Assembly: GCA_051294905.1 (NCBI GenBank)
Contig: CM119378.1
Coordinates: 4,156,001 to 4,220,000 of the forward strand
Source of the DNA: Botryllus schlosseri
Taxonomy: Eukaryota
Reading direction: 5' to 3'
DNA: 64,000 nt
Each line of letters opens with the position of its first letter. The stretch's first letter is position 1. Positions 46,771-60,461 of this stretch are shown one piece after another. Under the pieces are notes generated by a model, which had not been told where the DNA came from, did not search any database, and worked only from the letters and a program-made list of their open reading frames with translations. A program made the translations under genes and the position numbers.

Positions 46771-49345
46771 TCAAATTATTTACTTTATATACGGTATTAC
46801 AAATGAGGCTGTGGCCTTGAATTATAGTTGATGAGAAAATGTGCACTATTCAATTTTATGTGATAAACTGATAACGAAATAAACTTGATTGATTGATTGT
46901 GTTTTATCAAGTTTGCAAAGTCGTGTATGTCTCTTGCTGTTAAAAGCAATTCAGGAGGCCTTGGTCACAACCACCAGAATGTGAATACTTGTACTTCAGA
47001 ACAGTTGAAGGGTTACTTCTTACTTGTATGGTGCTCTGAAGAAACTAGATATGTTGCTGCCTCCCGTTGTTTTTCAACATCTTGGATCCCGAGTGAGAAA
47101 GGGTATGTCATATTTCTTCATTTTAATGCTTCCATAGCATACTACGTTTTACTGTAACTGCAATAACCTTCACTTTCTATGCTGTATGGATGATGTAATA
47201 CTCTATTATTACTACAGCATGCTAATAAAAAAGTTCTAAATCTACAAGGCAAATGGCGTAATCCTAAAGTCATAATCACATTATTTTAAAAGGTGCTATC
47301 TTATAAGGCTACCTACTACTACCTCTGCATTTACTCTGTATGTTTTCCTGAAGGGGGTTACGCCAGCATTTTATTGTATTGCTTTTGTTATGTATTCTTT
47401 TGTCTATGGTATCTATCGATCTTATTGAATGGGTGAGGGTTCCATTTGACTGGTTACGGACTTAAAGAAAGATATGTAATAGACTGTTCCACTTCTAAGA
47501 TATATGTACATTAGATTTGGTTGCTCTTCAGATGAAGGTCCTAGATTTGAAATTCGTGCTTAGTTATAATTGTCTGTGTTGTGTGAAGTGATGTACCTAG
47601 GCATATGCAGTATCATGAGAGAAAAGTTGTCATGTGTGGTCTGTGATAATGATATCATCGTATTCGCCTATTTATGAGTATTGCCTCTTCCTGATTAGTC
47701 AGCATCTTCTGGGTTTGGTGAGTTTGGATGGTGATGACAGGTTTCACGTACGTCATTATTGGGTGATTTTCCGTGTTTTATGACACGAAACATTGATCAT
47801 ACATGTGAATTAGTTGTAGCCTATAGATCTGTGTGTATCCTACACAGAATGTTAACCCGAAAAAATCATATCTTAAATCATTTAAGTATTTAATTCCATT
47901 TGGGATTTTTAGCAACATCAACACTACTATTTTCATCTGAGTAAGCTAAGTTGTCTTACCTGGTTATCCTAATATACTACATTTTGGACACTTCACTCTG
48001 CTAGTTTGCTGTCGGCTCTCGCCATATTGATATTAACAGGGATAGACTACACTTGTCATTTTCATGCTCTACTTAGGGCTGGTATTCAATTTTGTGCGTT
48101 GTCAATACTCTCTTTATGAATTGAGCAGCAAAACCAATGAACTAGGCTCCGTCTCTATTGGCATTGATTTCAATACAACTTCAACTCAGGCATTTATTGA
48201 TCTTGCTTCCAGTAAGGCAGTGGCATGTGTACAGATGTGTCGCTGAATTAAAGAGTGCAATATTATCATTGAAGCAATTGTCATTGAAATTCTTGATCAC
48301 TCTCCCTTCAGGAACATTGAAATTGAAAGTAGGCTACCACATGATAAGACTTTGCGTTCTCATATTACCGTGATGGTAACTTTGTACTCAAAACAATAGA
48401 TGTAAAAGTGAAACTTGATGTTTTCGTGGGGGACAAGTCCTATACGTTTACCGAATACTTCTTTAGTGCAGTTTTTGTGAGCTGCATGACGTGTGATTCC
48501 GCATGATTTTATTACTGTTGAAGGAAGGCCTATCTTAGAGTAATATTTGTAATTACTAGGTATCATTCTTTGAGACGGGTAGTGTTTGCACAAGGTGTGT
48601 ACAATACCAATATAGTACGTCTTCGCTTCTCTCTTCGTTCAAGTGATCTTCTGTTAATATTTAAGTTTGTGGTACCTTCCGATTCCATTATAGCATCAGT
48701 GGATAGGGTCTGTGTAGCACTGACTCTAATGAGGTCTGCGCTCTCAGCGCTATAGAACTATAGAAAGGTTAATGACTATGTAATTCTGTTAGTTTAGAAA
48801 GTAATGCGATGATCCTTGGTTATTAAAGCATTAAAATCAGTCCTTATTGTATGTGTGTTTGCTTCCTAGATGGTATGTGGTGTGATTTTGTGTGTCTAGT
48901 GAATGAGAACTGATATTGAATATGACTGAAGCGTTTTTGAGAAGTACATATTTGGTCTTGCAGACATTTCGTTTAAAACCATAATTTCCTAGACTTGCGC
49001 ATGAAAACTCTTGAGTTATAGGCTTACTACTGTTCAGATAAAAGAGCCTGATTGCATAATGTAGTGAAAAATAAAACTTGTCATACTCCAAAGGCTGTAT
49101 TTGTGAGGGTTGGGATTCAATATTTTGCTTCAATTGGTCGTTAAATACAATTTTCCTATCGAGATTTACCGGTATTGTAGCGTATTAAGCAGGTAGCCTA
49201 TATTTAGTAAGTCATGTTGAAACTTGATTTGCCTTAGCCATCAAAAATGTTACCGGTACCCTGTCATCTAATGTTGATATATCATATTCAGGACATCATG
49301 TCTACCATCTAGTACTTTTTGAAACAAATCTATTGAAAAGCAATC

Positions 49346-51940
49346 ATGGGCGACGCAGGGAACGCCGGAATGCAAGCCCTCATTCCGTTGGTGAATAAAC
49401 TCCAAGATGCATTTGCGCACACGGGCGCAAGCCTCAACATTGATCTACCGCAAATTGCGGTTGTCGGCAGTCAAAGTGCCGGGAAGAGCAGCGTGCTGGA
49501 AAATTTTGTGGGAAAAGACTTCTTGCCGAGGGGATCAGGCATCGTTACTAGACGGCCTCTAATTCTGCAGCTTGTAACGTGTAGAAATGGCGAATGGGGT
49601 GAATTTCTGCATTGTAAAGGACGTAAATTCACGGACTTTAATGCTATTAGGAAAGAAATCGAGGATGAAACCGACCGTATGACCGGGAGGAATAAAGGCA
49701 TCAGTTCGGTCCCAATTAATTTAAGGGTGTACTCCCCAAGGGTCTTGAATCTGACGCTGGTGGACTTACCTGGCATCACGAAAATACCGGTCGGTGACCA
49801 GCCTGTCGATATCGAAAACCAAATTAAAGACATGGTCACTGAGTTTGTCAGTCGTGAAAACTGCCTCATTCTGGCCGTGTCCCCGGCGAACGTTGATCTC
49901 GCGAATTCAGACGCATTAAAAGTCGCAAAGGAATTTGACCCGTCCGGCGTCAGAACCATCGGTGTCATCACTAAGTTGGATTTATTGGAGGATGGGTCGG
50001 ACGCGAGACAGATATTGGAAAATAAACTGCTACCGTTAAGAAGAGGTTACGTCGGTGTCGTAAATAGAAGTCAGAAAGATATCAATGGGAATAAAGACAT
50101 CAGAGCGGCCTTGGCCGCAGAAAAAAGATTCTTTCTCGGGCACCCGGCTTATCGACATATGGCCGATAAAATGGGAACGCCTTACTTGCAAAAAGTGTTG
50201 AACCAACAGCTCACGAATCATATCAAAAATTCGTTGCCCGAACTGCGTAGCAAGTTACAAAAGCAAATGCTAGACTTGGAGAAGGACGTTGAAGAGTATA
50301 AGAATTTCAAACCGGATGATCCTTCTAGAAAAGCCAAGGCGATGCTGCAAATGGTGCAGGAATTTGGCACTCAATTTGAATGGGCTATAGAAGGAGGCGG
50401 TGTGTCTGTTAACACCAGTGAACTGTCTGGTGGTGCTAAAATCAAAAGGATCTTCCACGAAAGGTTTCCGTATGAATTAGTGAAATTGGAATTGGACGAA
50501 ATGACGTTACGGCAAGAGATCGCGCACGCAATTCAAAACTTCCATGGTATCAGGACCGGACTGTTTACCCCTGACATGGCTTTTGAAGAAATTGTCAAAC
50601 GCCAGATAGATAAATTGAAGGTGCCATCTCTGAAATGTGTCGATCTGGTTACAAACGAACTAATTAACGTAGTCCGACAATGCAGCGATAAAATGTCTCG
50701 TTATCCTAACCTGCGCGACGAAATGGATAGGATCGTGAGCACTCAAATACGAGAGAAGGAAGCTTTATCGAAAGAACGAGTGACTGCGTTGATAGAATAC
50801 GAGTTAGCGTACATCAACACCAACCACGACGACTTCAACGTACACGCTACCGCATCCAAACAAGGCACAGATGACAAGGCGAAAAAAGCACAGCAGTCGA
50901 TCGGCAATCAGTTGATCCGCAAAGGCTGGCTCAATTTTCACAATTACGGATTCATAAAAGGCGGCTCGAAAGACTTGTGGTTCGTGCTCACCACCGAGGG
51001 AGTGTCGTGGTATAAAAACGAGGAGGAGAAGGACAAGAGATTCTTGCTGCCGCTTGACAACTTGAAGCTGCGCGATATGGAGAGAGGCTTCATGTCGAAG
51101 TCTAGTAAATACGGTTTCGTGCTTTACAATACCGAATCCAGAAATGTGTACAAGGATTACAAGTGTCTTGAGTTGTCTTGCGAAAATCAGGAAGAATTAG
51201 ATAGTTGGAAAGCTTCTTTCTTACGGGCGGGTGTGTATCCTGAACGCAGCAATGAGAAGGAAAACCAGGAAAACGAGGAGATCAAGGCTTCAAAGTTCTC
51301 CGCAAAACAGGATCCGCAGTTGGAAAGACAGGTTGAGACCATCCGAAACCTAGTCGACAGCTACATGGCGATTGTGCGTAAAACCACACGCGATTTGGTG
51401 CCGAAAATCATAATGGCGACGATGATAAAGGAGTCTAAAACGTTTATAAAGTCAGAGGTTCTGTCGAGCCTTTACGGCAGCGCGAATCACTCTCATATGA
51501 TGGAGGAATCTGCGGAAGAAGCGGAAAGACGAGATACCTTACTACGCATGTACCATAGTCTGAAGGAAGCTCTCAATATTATGGGAGATATCAATGTGAG
51601 GACGGACACGACATCCTTACCTCCACCTGTAGATAATTCGTGGATTGAGGAGGACGGTATTAGCAATGGTTCATCGTCTCAATATTCACCGCATCTTGGT
51701 TATGGTCATAACGCGCCAAAATCTAGACCACCCCCTCCGCCGAGACCTGCTCACGGAAGGCAGTCTCCAATGCCTGGCCGTAGACCGTCTGCCGGTCCGC
51801 CTGTCTATGCATCTGTTTCTAAAGGACCTCCAATACCAAACAGGCCAGGTAACTCAAACTGGCCACCCGTCGGTGGGTCTAACCCACAGTTTCCTCCTAA
51901 CAGAAAACCGCCAATCCCTGCAAGGCCAGGTTATCGTTAA
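49346..51940 (+). CDS. DNM: Classical dynamin, copy A (intronless CDS, diverged), 864 aa
   Basis: [10 protein letters not shown]-loop, IVTRRP, DLPG, TKLD; stalk [10 protein letters not shown] domain (RKGWL...[12 protein letters not shown]); GED ([17 protein letters not shown]); proline-rich tail. Confidence 0.96.
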   Translation: MGDAGNAGMQALIPLVNKLQDAFAHTGASLNIDLPQIAVVGSQSAGKSSVLENFVGKDFLPRGSGIVTRRPLILQLVTCRNGEWGEFLHCKGRKFTDFNAIRKEIEDETDRMTGRNKGISSVPINLRVYSPRVLNLTLVDLPGITKIPVGDQPVDIENQIKDMVTEFVSRENCLILAVSPANVDLANSDALKVAKEFDPSGVRTIGVITKLDLLEDGSDARQILENKLLPLRRGYVGVVNRSQKDINGNKDIRAALAAEKRFFLGHPAYRHMADKMGTPYLQKVLNQQLTNHIKNSLPELRSKLQKQMLDLEKDVEEYKNFKPDDPSRKAKAMLQMVQEFGTQFEWAIEGGGVSVNTSELSGGAKIKRIFHERFPYELVKLELDEMTLRQEIAHAIQNFHGIRTGLFTPDMAFEEIVKRQIDKLKVPSLKCVDLVTNELINVVRQCSDKMSRYPNLRDEMDRIVSTQIREKEALSKERVTALIEYELAYINTNHDDFNVHATASKQGTDDKAKKAQQSIGNQLIRKGWLNFHNYGFIKGGSKDLWFVLTTEGVSWYKNEEEKDKRFLLPLDNLKLRDMERGFMSKSSKYGFVLYNTESRNVYKDYKCLELSCENQEELDSWKASFLRAGVYPERSNEKENQENEEIKASKFSAKQDPQLERQVETIRNLVDSYMAIVRKTTRDLVPKIIMATMIKESKTFIKSEVLSSLYGSANHSHMMEESAEEAERRDTLLRMYHSLKEALNIMGDINVRTDTTSLPPPVDNSWIEEDGISNGSSSQYSPHLGYGHNAPKSRPPPPPRPAHGRQSPMPGRRPSAGPPVYASVSKGPPIPNRPGNSNWPPVGGSNPQFPPNRKPPIPARPGYR

Positions 51941-54808
51941 AAAATCTATTGGTCGGAAGAGAATCTTTGAATTGCCAATTTCAATCTCTGCCCTGGTTTC
52001 ACGAGATCATATATGCTGTCGGGATTGACAGTTGCTCAACTTCAATGTAGGCCTATGCTTCTGCTAATGACAGGATGAAATATTCATAATGCACTACTCG
52101 TTGTGAACTAGATTGCTTTTTATAGATCGCTATCGCAGTTGTAACAGATTTCTCAATTGACTGTGTTGCTTGGACTTTGTGCTATGGATGTCGGCATGTT
52201 TTCATATATATATTACTGATTTTATGTGACTGTTGCTATGAGTTCCAAATGAAACACTGTATTTGCACATGCTCTGAAAGCCCTTAACAGATTGTTCATC
52301 GGGAAAATCATTTAAGAGAAACAATTCCTTGTACCTGTGTAAAGCTCTGATGCTGAAAATATTTGGGTTTATTTTGATATGAATATATTATTCAATTGTA
52401 TATTCCAGTTATGTGCCTCCAACAAGCTCTTCAAATAGTAGCTATGATTTCCGAATTAAACACTGTATTTGCACACGCTCTTGAATTGGAATGTCCCTCA
52501 ACAAATCATAGATATTGGGCAAATCATTTAAGGATGGATAATTTTCTTGTACCTGTAAAGCACTGATTTTTTGTTTGCTGGCATTTCTTTGTTTCGTGTT
52601 GGGAATAATATATATATATATATTTCAACATGTAGTCTCGGTCTTTTAATGTTCATTATCACCAGATTGCGATCACCCGTTAAATTTCAGATTGAACGGT
52701 ACTGGTACAATTTTTATTCCTATTACGAATATGATCAGCAGATTGCCTTTAATATTTAAAAAAAGCACAAATTTCGGCGTTAATGCTTTATTTTGATACA
52801 CAAATGACTGCAAACTATTTGCATAAGCAAACTCTTTGAGTTAGATACTGTTGAAATATCGAATTCATATTGTCCAATGTCCATTTTGTGTGTTAAATAG
52901 ACATTTTCCTATCGAATATCTCCTATTTGCTCATCGCAGATTATTCCTACTCAGTATGTGTTAGCTTCAATGCTTTAAATCTCAACAAATCTCTGGGAGT
53001 TTCAATTGTGATTACAATCCAAGTAAATAATATTTATATAAATATACAGAACAATTGTCAGATGACTCGTTGGTAAGCAGTGAGCGATGGACAATGTAGG
53101 GTGATATCTTGCTCAGCTTGACACAGGAACTGCAGAGACCTCGAATGAATTTCTAACTTGAAGGATTCTCTGTCTCATCGATGGTAGCTAATTGAGGGAA
53201 TAGACCAATACTTTTCTACCTGGAGTTCACTATCACAAACAAGGTCTCTTTAGGTTTTGCAGTTGTTTGAAAGGCCTGAATTCACAAAAATTCGTGAACT
53301 TCCATTGACAGTGAAATTATCAAAAGGTATTGGATAGGCGTACCTATTGCTGCTAGATAATGAAATCTTTGATTTGACTGTTGTTGCAAGTAGCATGTAC
53401 AATTTGTACATTGATTTTATATATATTCTGCAATGGAAATGTAGAGTGGGCTACACATGATGACGGATATTTGATGTCCCGCTCTCCTCGCATTGTCAGT
53501 TGGGCTAGGCAAAATGATTCTAGTCGAGTAGTGAGAGATCTATTGAGCACCAAAATATCGCCACTTCCCAGAATTCCCGAGAATTATAGTTTCGACACTT
53601 TCTTCTTTCAGTGGAAGCCTTGAAACCATTCCAGCAGCCAATACATGCAGAATAAAGCGCGCGTTGGCACAAGCAGAGTTTCTGAAATAATGTCATAAAA
53701 GAGAAATGAAGTAGCCTAGATATGGTCGACAAATACCATATCTTCAATGTAATGTAACTGGCATTCTTTCAGCTGTGGTCCAGTAAAAGTTTTATATTCG
53801 AACATTCGTAGCCGTCCATACTGTTATGATGCCATAATGACTCAATACTCGATCCGGAATCCAATCACAATCAATCAGTTACTCAATTTTGCACAGTCCT
53901 AATTGACAGCGACAACTTGGAGAATTTCACAGTTAGTCATTCAGCTCCAAGTCATCACATGATTGCAGGCAAATTATAGGTCAAATCCATTCTGATTGAG
54001 TAGAAAAAATAGTAGCTTTGGGTATGGTGGTTACAAGATTTTACAAAATCTTTATCTAGCATGGGTGTGAACTACTACAGAGGACAATCATGCAGATCTT
54101 GTATGAAGTGGTGATATTTTTAACCCTACTCGTGAAATAGCCCACCTGTGCAACCGATCTGAGTTCTGGCCAAATTAATATGACATTCATGGATTGTTGT
54201 TACAAAGCACTACATCACATATATTTTATAATGCATAGGTTTTGTGACTTCAAATGGGTCATCCTATATGTCTATTAATGATTAACCACTAAAAGGCAAA
54301 GGATTTAGCTTAGAAACTATATATTATTGTGTTACTGGATGTGGGTTAGGTCTTCCTCAGCTTGTGTTATTCTTACATAAATTAATTACTTCTTGAAATT
54401 ATATTGTGTGGGCCTCTAGGTCCAATTTATATATCGTAAGCTTGAAATTTTGTATTGTAGGCTACACAATTGTAATCTCCTAAATCTAATTGCAGCATCT
54501 GAGATTAATGATCAACCATATACAATGTACTCTGCGGGTAAACATCCTCGTTCTGCGATGACTGATGATGTTTATAAACATAGTAATGACTGGACAATTA
54601 ATCATAGCCGATATATCTGTCATCATCTTCATTTATAATATAATTTCTTTCAAGTCAAGGTAAGGTCTCAAACTACCACCTTGACCTACAAATATAGCAA
54701 AAATTTTCAGGACATGGTGTAAGCAGGCATGCACACTCGATGAGAAATAACCTACAGAATTATCAAATGATGGCCTGGTAATGAAGAGGCATGTTACATT
54801 GTTATAGC

Positions 54809-56028
54809 CAGTGTTGCCACTCTAGGTTCCCGAAAAACACAAGATTATGTCGTGAAAAAACACTAGATTGGCGAAAAAAACACTAGATTAGTAAATTGCA
54901 GGAATAATTTGCCCTTGCCAAGTAATCATGATGACCAAGGTACAAATCTACAGATAAGAAGTGTTCCACACATGAATTCGATACATATGAATGATATACT
55001 GCATGATTATTCAACGGAAATTAATGAAACGAATTCAACAGCGCAAAAAAAATCAAATTTGTCGCTTTCCAATTGTGCGGCATCATAAAAATTATCTTTC
55101 GATTGTACACCATCTATCAAACATAAGTATCTTTTGTGGGGCATCTTGCTCACTACCGCACACCTTCAACCAAACAATGGGGAGGTTTCCATATGCAGCA
55201 TACTTCAATTCCACGAATGCAGTGGAATGTGGCAATGCCAAGAGATTAGTCATGAACTTCCCCAGTAAATGGAATTTTGATTCACCGAATCCATTGTACA
55301 CAGATTTCAATTTTTGCAAAAATTCTGTTGGAGGGCATTGACTGATAAACTGCAGCTAATTTTGCGATCTTGCCCAAGTTCAAGTTCATCATATAATAGA
55401 CTATCACAGAGGGAAATTGCGCAGCTAGAGGAATGATTGATTTTACTATTCTTCTTCTTATTATTCTTCGGCCTGCTTACATTTTTCAATATTTATTGAT
55501 GACGCGAGACTCGAATTGAACAATGCTTAATTAGCACTCCATCAATGCAGCTAGCGGGATGATCCACGGGAATCCCGAAGGATCGTTTTGCTGCAGCATG
55601 AATTATATTTTTACTGCAATTTTGTTCAATAAAACTGTCTGTCCGCCTCGGCAAATGTAAATCTTGCCCGAATCTGCAGACTGAGTTCAACAAGAAACGA
55701 CAGAGCACCAGAGCGAAATCGCTCTACATATTTTCAGAGACTTTCGCTCATAAGTACGGATTCACAGTGCACCCTGTTACGTAATAATTGCTTGTTACTG
55801 CACCACAACATAGAATTGTGGAAAACAAACACAGCCAGAGGGACCAAATTGCCTCATTAGCGATAAATTTAGCGTATAATTAAGTCGTCTAACGTTAGAA
55901 TATTCATCATTCGCATAATTGCAGAAAAACACTAGATTAGCAAAAGTTGGCGAAAAAAAACACTAGAACACTAGGACGACCGAAAAAACACTAGATCTAG
56001 TGTTAAAACACTAGGAGTGGCACCACTG
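54809..56028 (-). mobile_element. hAT deletion derivative with transposase remnant
   Basis: TIR CAGTG(T/G)TGCCACTC; perfect TSD GTTATAGC; ACACTAG subterminal repeats; minus-strand LLALPHSTAFVE resembles the hAT C-terminal (PHS..xE) region. Confidence 0.88.
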
Positions 56029-57002
56029 GTTATAGCACATGGTACAGTCAATGTGTAAAATCAAATCTAACAATACCTATATGCACGCAGCACGCTAGTA
56101 TTTAGTAGTGGGTGTTAAATTTCATACTCGAGGACAACGAGAACACACCTATATGGTACTTATTCCAACGTGAAGAGATTGTCACATCCAGCAGGACATG
56201 CACTGCAATTGAACTGATACATAAGCTTTGCAATTGCTAGCTTCCTCCTGTAAATATCAGTCGTTGCTAATAGGAACGTAATGGTGTTTTTGTAGCTTCG
56301 TATATCTATTTTTTGCAAACCATTTTACCATCATTTCGATTGGTGATGACCAATTTACTACTAGGCCTACATGTAGTAAGCGTGCAAGCTTGCTCTTGAT
56401 CATCTGAATTTGAAGTATTAATAAGCTTTAGAATGCTCTGAATGCATTATCATTATCATATTATCAGCTATATTTTGTGCAAAACTTTTTTTCAAGGAAT
56501 TTTCATGGAACTCAACTGTAGCATCATATTGCCCATGCAACACAGATGTAGTGTATTTTTATTAAGGAAACAATGAAACATAGGAAAGCATACAGTGAAT
56601 CGTGAATAAATTGCTACTCGATAGTCTCTTGAATAGAACTGGGCCAGGTGCTCACAACATTTCTGTTCAAATATGATGCGATTGTTATAGCCAGTATGAA
56701 AGAACTCATGAAAATAATGGGCGTCAGGTGACGTTTGAGAATCGGCGAGATTGTTACGGCATTCATGTGTCTACATAACTCGTTCCGTGCATGTATTGAG
56801 GAACTCTGTGATGCTATAACAGGTTACGTAACTGTGCAAACAAGTAATTGTGTAATCGAGGCAGTGAAGCAACGTCCTGTTCATTTCCTTCTGCAATCTC
56901 ATTTGAAACATAATGATAGTGTTTCAGCATTGATTTTACGTATCATTGCAATTGCTCTCTGGATGTAGTCATTACGCTGGCTTGAATGTACAATTGCATA
57001 GC

Positions 57003-57092
57003 ATATTCATATTGATATATACCCGAACATTTTCGGCTGACACTGGTCAGCAATTATTAGAGAATTGAAAAGAACATTGCATATCAACAATT
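57003..57092 (-). mobile_element. Hammerhead-bearing repeat, copy 4 (core mutated)
   Basis: CTGACCA-G-TGTCAGC-C-GAAA-ATGT-TC-GGGTA; flanks match copies 1-3; 5' helix I strand deleted. Confidence 0.55.
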
Positions 57093-57373
57093 TGATTGAA
57101 TGGCATTTGTGATCCTTATGCTCAGAGGATCTGAATAGCACTTTCAAATGAGTCACACTCCAGGTGCAGTAGACTGGCTTAATACCAGTAGGCCTACTTG
57201 TGTTTTATTTTCAATTGGATCCATTTTAATAACATAACCTATCTTCCTTCATCAATATTGCATGATTGCTTGGTGCATTACCGGGTGCCTTTCGCTAATT
57301 ATATTTTATATTACAGACGTTAGGCTATCGTAGCACACTACTACTGTAAATTTTGCCGGATCCAAAAGCCAAT

Positions 57374-59971
57374 ATGGGTGATCCAGGTAATTCTGGAATG
57401 TCCGCACTCATTCCGCTGGTGAACAAGTTGCACGACGCGTTCGCCCACACCGGCGCCAGTCTGAACATTGACTTGCCCCAAATCGCCGTAGTAGGCGGTC
57501 AGAGTGCGGGGAAAAGTAGCGTGCTGGAAAATTTCGTCGGGAAAGATTTCTTACCGCGTGGCTCAGGCATCGTCACTAGAAGACCGTTAGTTTTGCAGCT
57601 GATCAACACGAAAAACGGAGAATGGGGTGAATTCCTGCACTGTAAGGGGCGGAAATTCACTGATTTCAACTCTATTCGGAAGGAAATCGAAGAGGAAACC
57701 GACCGTATGACTGGTAAAAACAAAGGCATCAGCCCGATCCCAATTAATCTACGAGTGCACTCGCCGAAGGTTTTAAATCTGACTTTAGTGGATTTACCCG
57801 GCATGACTAAAGTCCCGGTCGGCGATCAGCCCGTTGACATCGAGGCGCAAATCAGAGACATGATCACGCAGTTTGTAAGCCGCGAAAACTGCCTCATTCT
57901 TGCCGTGTCTCCCGCAAATGCCGATCTCGCCAACTCAGACGCGCTGAAAATTGCAAAAGAATTTGACCCGGCTGGCACTAGAACTATCGGAGTTATCACT
58001 AAGTTGGATTTAATGGACGATGGCACTGATGCGAAAGATATTCTGGAGAACAGGCTGCTCCCACTACGTCGTGGATACGTCGGTGTTGTAAACAGAAGTC
58101 AGAAAGATATCGATGGCAACAAGGATATCAAAGCGGCACTCGCGGCTGAACGTAGATTTTTCCTAAGCCATCCGTCCTACAGGCATATGGCAGACAGAAT
58201 GGGCACGCCATACTTACAGAAAGTACTCAACCAGCAGCTGACTAATCATATCAAGAACACCTTGCCCGAGCTGCGCAGCAAGCTTCAAAAACAAATGTTA
58301 GACTTGGAGAAGGATGTCGAAGAGTATAAGAATTTTAAGCCGGATGATCCTTCCCGCAAAACCAAAGCGATGTTGCAAATGGTGCAGCAGTTCAGCACTC
58401 AGTTTGAGAAATTGATTGAAGGCAGTGGAAATACGATCGATATTAAAGAGTTATCCGGTGGCGCTAAGATTAATCGTATCTTCCACGAGAGGTTTCCGTA
58501 TGAGTTAGTGAAGATGGAATTTGATGAAAACACTCTCCGCAAAGAAATCGCGTACGCAATCCGTAACATCCACGGTATCAGAACTGGATTGTTCACACCC
58601 GATATGGCTTTTGAAGCTATCGTAAAGCGTCAGATCGAGAAATTGAAAGCGCCAGCGTTGAAATGCGTCGACATGGTCACAAACGAACTGATCAATGTCG
58701 TACGCCAATGCAGTGAGAGAATGCAGCGCTACCCGATTTTACGTGAAGAAACGGACCGTATCGTAAGCGGCCATGTTAGAGAACGTGAGGCTAGATCCAA
58801 AGACCAAGTCTCTCTCTTGATAGACTTTGAGTTAGCGTACATCAACACAAACCATGATGATTTCATAGGGTTTGCAAACGCGCAACAACAAGGCGTCGAT
58901 CGTGGCACGAAAAAAGCAACCAAATCTGTAGGAAATCAAGTGATCCGAAAGGGCTGGCTTAACTTGCATAACGTCAGCTTCATGAGAGGCGGATCTAAAG
59001 ATTTCTGGTTCGTGCTGACCGCGGAAAGCGTGTCTTGGTTTAAAGATGATGAAGAGAAAGACAAAAAATACATGCTGCCGTTGGATAACTTGAAACTGCG
59101 CGATGTGGAGAAAGGCTTCATGTCGACAAAATGCGGGTTTGCTCTGTTCAATACTGAATCTCGGAATGTGTATAAAGACTACAAGATGCTGGAATTGTCG
59201 GCCGAAAACCAGGAAGAAGTAGACAGTTGGAAAGCTTCTTTCTTGCGTGCTGGTGTCTATCCTGAACGGGCCACTGAAAAAGAAGGTGGACATGGTAGTG
59301 GTGTGGATGATGGTTCCTCCGACTCTAATGCGTCGATGGATCCACAGTTAGAGAGACAGGTAGAGACAATCCGCAATCTGGTCGATAGTTACATGGCGAT
59401 TGTCAGCAAGACTATCCGTGACTTGGTGCCGAAAATCATCATGTTCATGATGATCAATCAGACCAAAGAGTTTATCACGGCTGAGGTTTTGGCGCATTTG
59501 TACCAGAGCGAGAATCAGTCTACTATGATGGAGGAATCTGCGGAAGAAGCGGAAAGAAGAGATACAATTCTCAGGATGTACCATAGTTTGAAAGAGGCTG
59601 TCGCTATCATGGGAGATATTAATATGCAGACTGCGTCTACATCATTGCCTCCGCCAGTGGATAACTCATGGATTCAAGAAGATGGAGGTTATGGAGGGCC
59701 TGGGTCAGGGCCGGCTATGAAACCAGCGCGTGGTCCAAGTCCACAGATGGGCAGGCGTCCTCCGCCTCAGAGACCATCAGTTAGGTCGGCTCCCGCCCCG
59801 GGGTCTAGACCGGCTCCTGGGCCGCCGTCCGCCGCTCATAATCCGACGTTTAATGCCCCGCCGATACCGTCGCGACCCGGCAGTGCAAACAGGCCACCGC
59901 CTTCTGTGCCGCGGCGTCCGCCGCCCGGCATGAAGCCGCCTGTGCTGCCGGCGCGTCCTGGAAATTATTAG
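57374..59971 (+). CDS. DNM: Classical dynamin, copy B (intronless CDS, conserved), 865 aa from the ATG at 57374
   Basis: [47 protein letters not shown] domain, GED, PRD with PSRP; ATG aligns with the copy A start (the ORF track began at an upstream TTG). Confidence 0.97.
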   Translation: MGDPGNSGMSALIPLVNKLHDAFAHTGASLNIDLPQIAVVGGQSAGKSSVLENFVGKDFLPRGSGIVTRRPLVLQLINTKNGEWGEFLHCKGRKFTDFNSIRKEIEEETDRMTGKNKGISPIPINLRVHSPKVLNLTLVDLPGMTKVPVGDQPVDIEAQIRDMITQFVSRENCLILAVSPANADLANSDALKIAKEFDPAGTRTIGVITKLDLMDDGTDAKDILENRLLPLRRGYVGVVNRSQKDIDGNKDIKAALAAERRFFLSHPSYRHMADRMGTPYLQKVLNQQLTNHIKNTLPELRSKLQKQMLDLEKDVEEYKNFKPDDPSRKTKAMLQMVQQFSTQFEKLIEGSGNTIDIKELSGGAKINRIFHERFPYELVKMEFDENTLRKEIAYAIRNIHGIRTGLFTPDMAFEAIVKRQIEKLKAPALKCVDMVTNELINVVRQCSERMQRYPILREETDRIVSGHVREREARSKDQVSLLIDFELAYINTNHDDFIGFANAQQQGVDRGTKKATKSVGNQVIRKGWLNLHNVSFMRGGSKDFWFVLTAESVSWFKDDEEKDKKYMLPLDNLKLRDVEKGFMSTKCGFALFNTESRNVYKDYKMLELSAENQEEVDSWKASFLRAGVYPERATEKEGGHGSGVDDGSSDSNASMDPQLERQVETIRNLVDSYMAIVSKTIRDLVPKIIMFMMINQTKEFITAEVLAHLYQSENQSTMMEESAEEAERRDTILRMYHSLKEAVAIMGDINMQTASTSLPPPVDNSWIQEDGGYGGPGSGPAMKPARGPSPQMGRRPPPQRPSVRSAPAPGSRPAPGPPSAAHNPTFNAPPIPSRPGSANRPPPSVPRRPPPGMKPPVLPARPGNY

Positions 59972-60201
59972 GTTACTGCGAGAAATCTGACGGTAGGGCC
60001 GGGCTGGCTCGAGTATTTGAAAATCTGAATAGAGTGAATTTTGATGATTCGAGTTGAGTAGTGAAAGGTATTTTTTTCGAGTACTGAAATTAAACACCCC
60101 GTTATACTAAAACAGTTATACTACAGGTTTTCGATGCTTTTTTGACAACACGTAAGCCTTGAAACCTCGATTTATAGCGTCACGCTGTAGATATCTACCA
60201 C

Positions 60202-60461
60202 GGCCCGTTGACATATGAGCAATGAGCATGCGACACTTCTGCAGGCGACAATCGGGCATGTGACGCATGCGGGTTAAATTACGGGTTAGGGTTGGATTTA
60301 TTGTTGGGTTAGGGTTAGGCTTGGAGTTAATTTCAGGGCTATGTTTCGGGTTAGGGCAAGTTTTTGGGTTATAAAGTCACATGCTGAAGTGACGCATGCT
60401 TAAGTGTCCCATGCTGAACTGTCGTTTTCCGTTGTGTCGCATGCTCATATGTCGGGCAACC
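60202..60461. mobile_element. MuDR/Mutator-like foldback MITE with telomere-like GGGTTA core
   Basis: 9-bp TSD ATCTACCAC (60193-60201, 60462-60470); GG...CC ends; inverted GACATATGAGCA and GCATGCGACAC arms; central GGGTTAGGGTT repeats. Confidence 0.75.

Noticed and set aside
47520..47560. CAGATGAAGGTCCTAGATTTGAAA hammerhead-like string
   Set aside because: Core mutated, helices do not pair, and no recognisable Penelope ORF nearby.
57353..57373. TTG-initiated N-terminal extension of dynamin B
   Set aside because: ATG at 57374 has good context and aligns with the copy A start.
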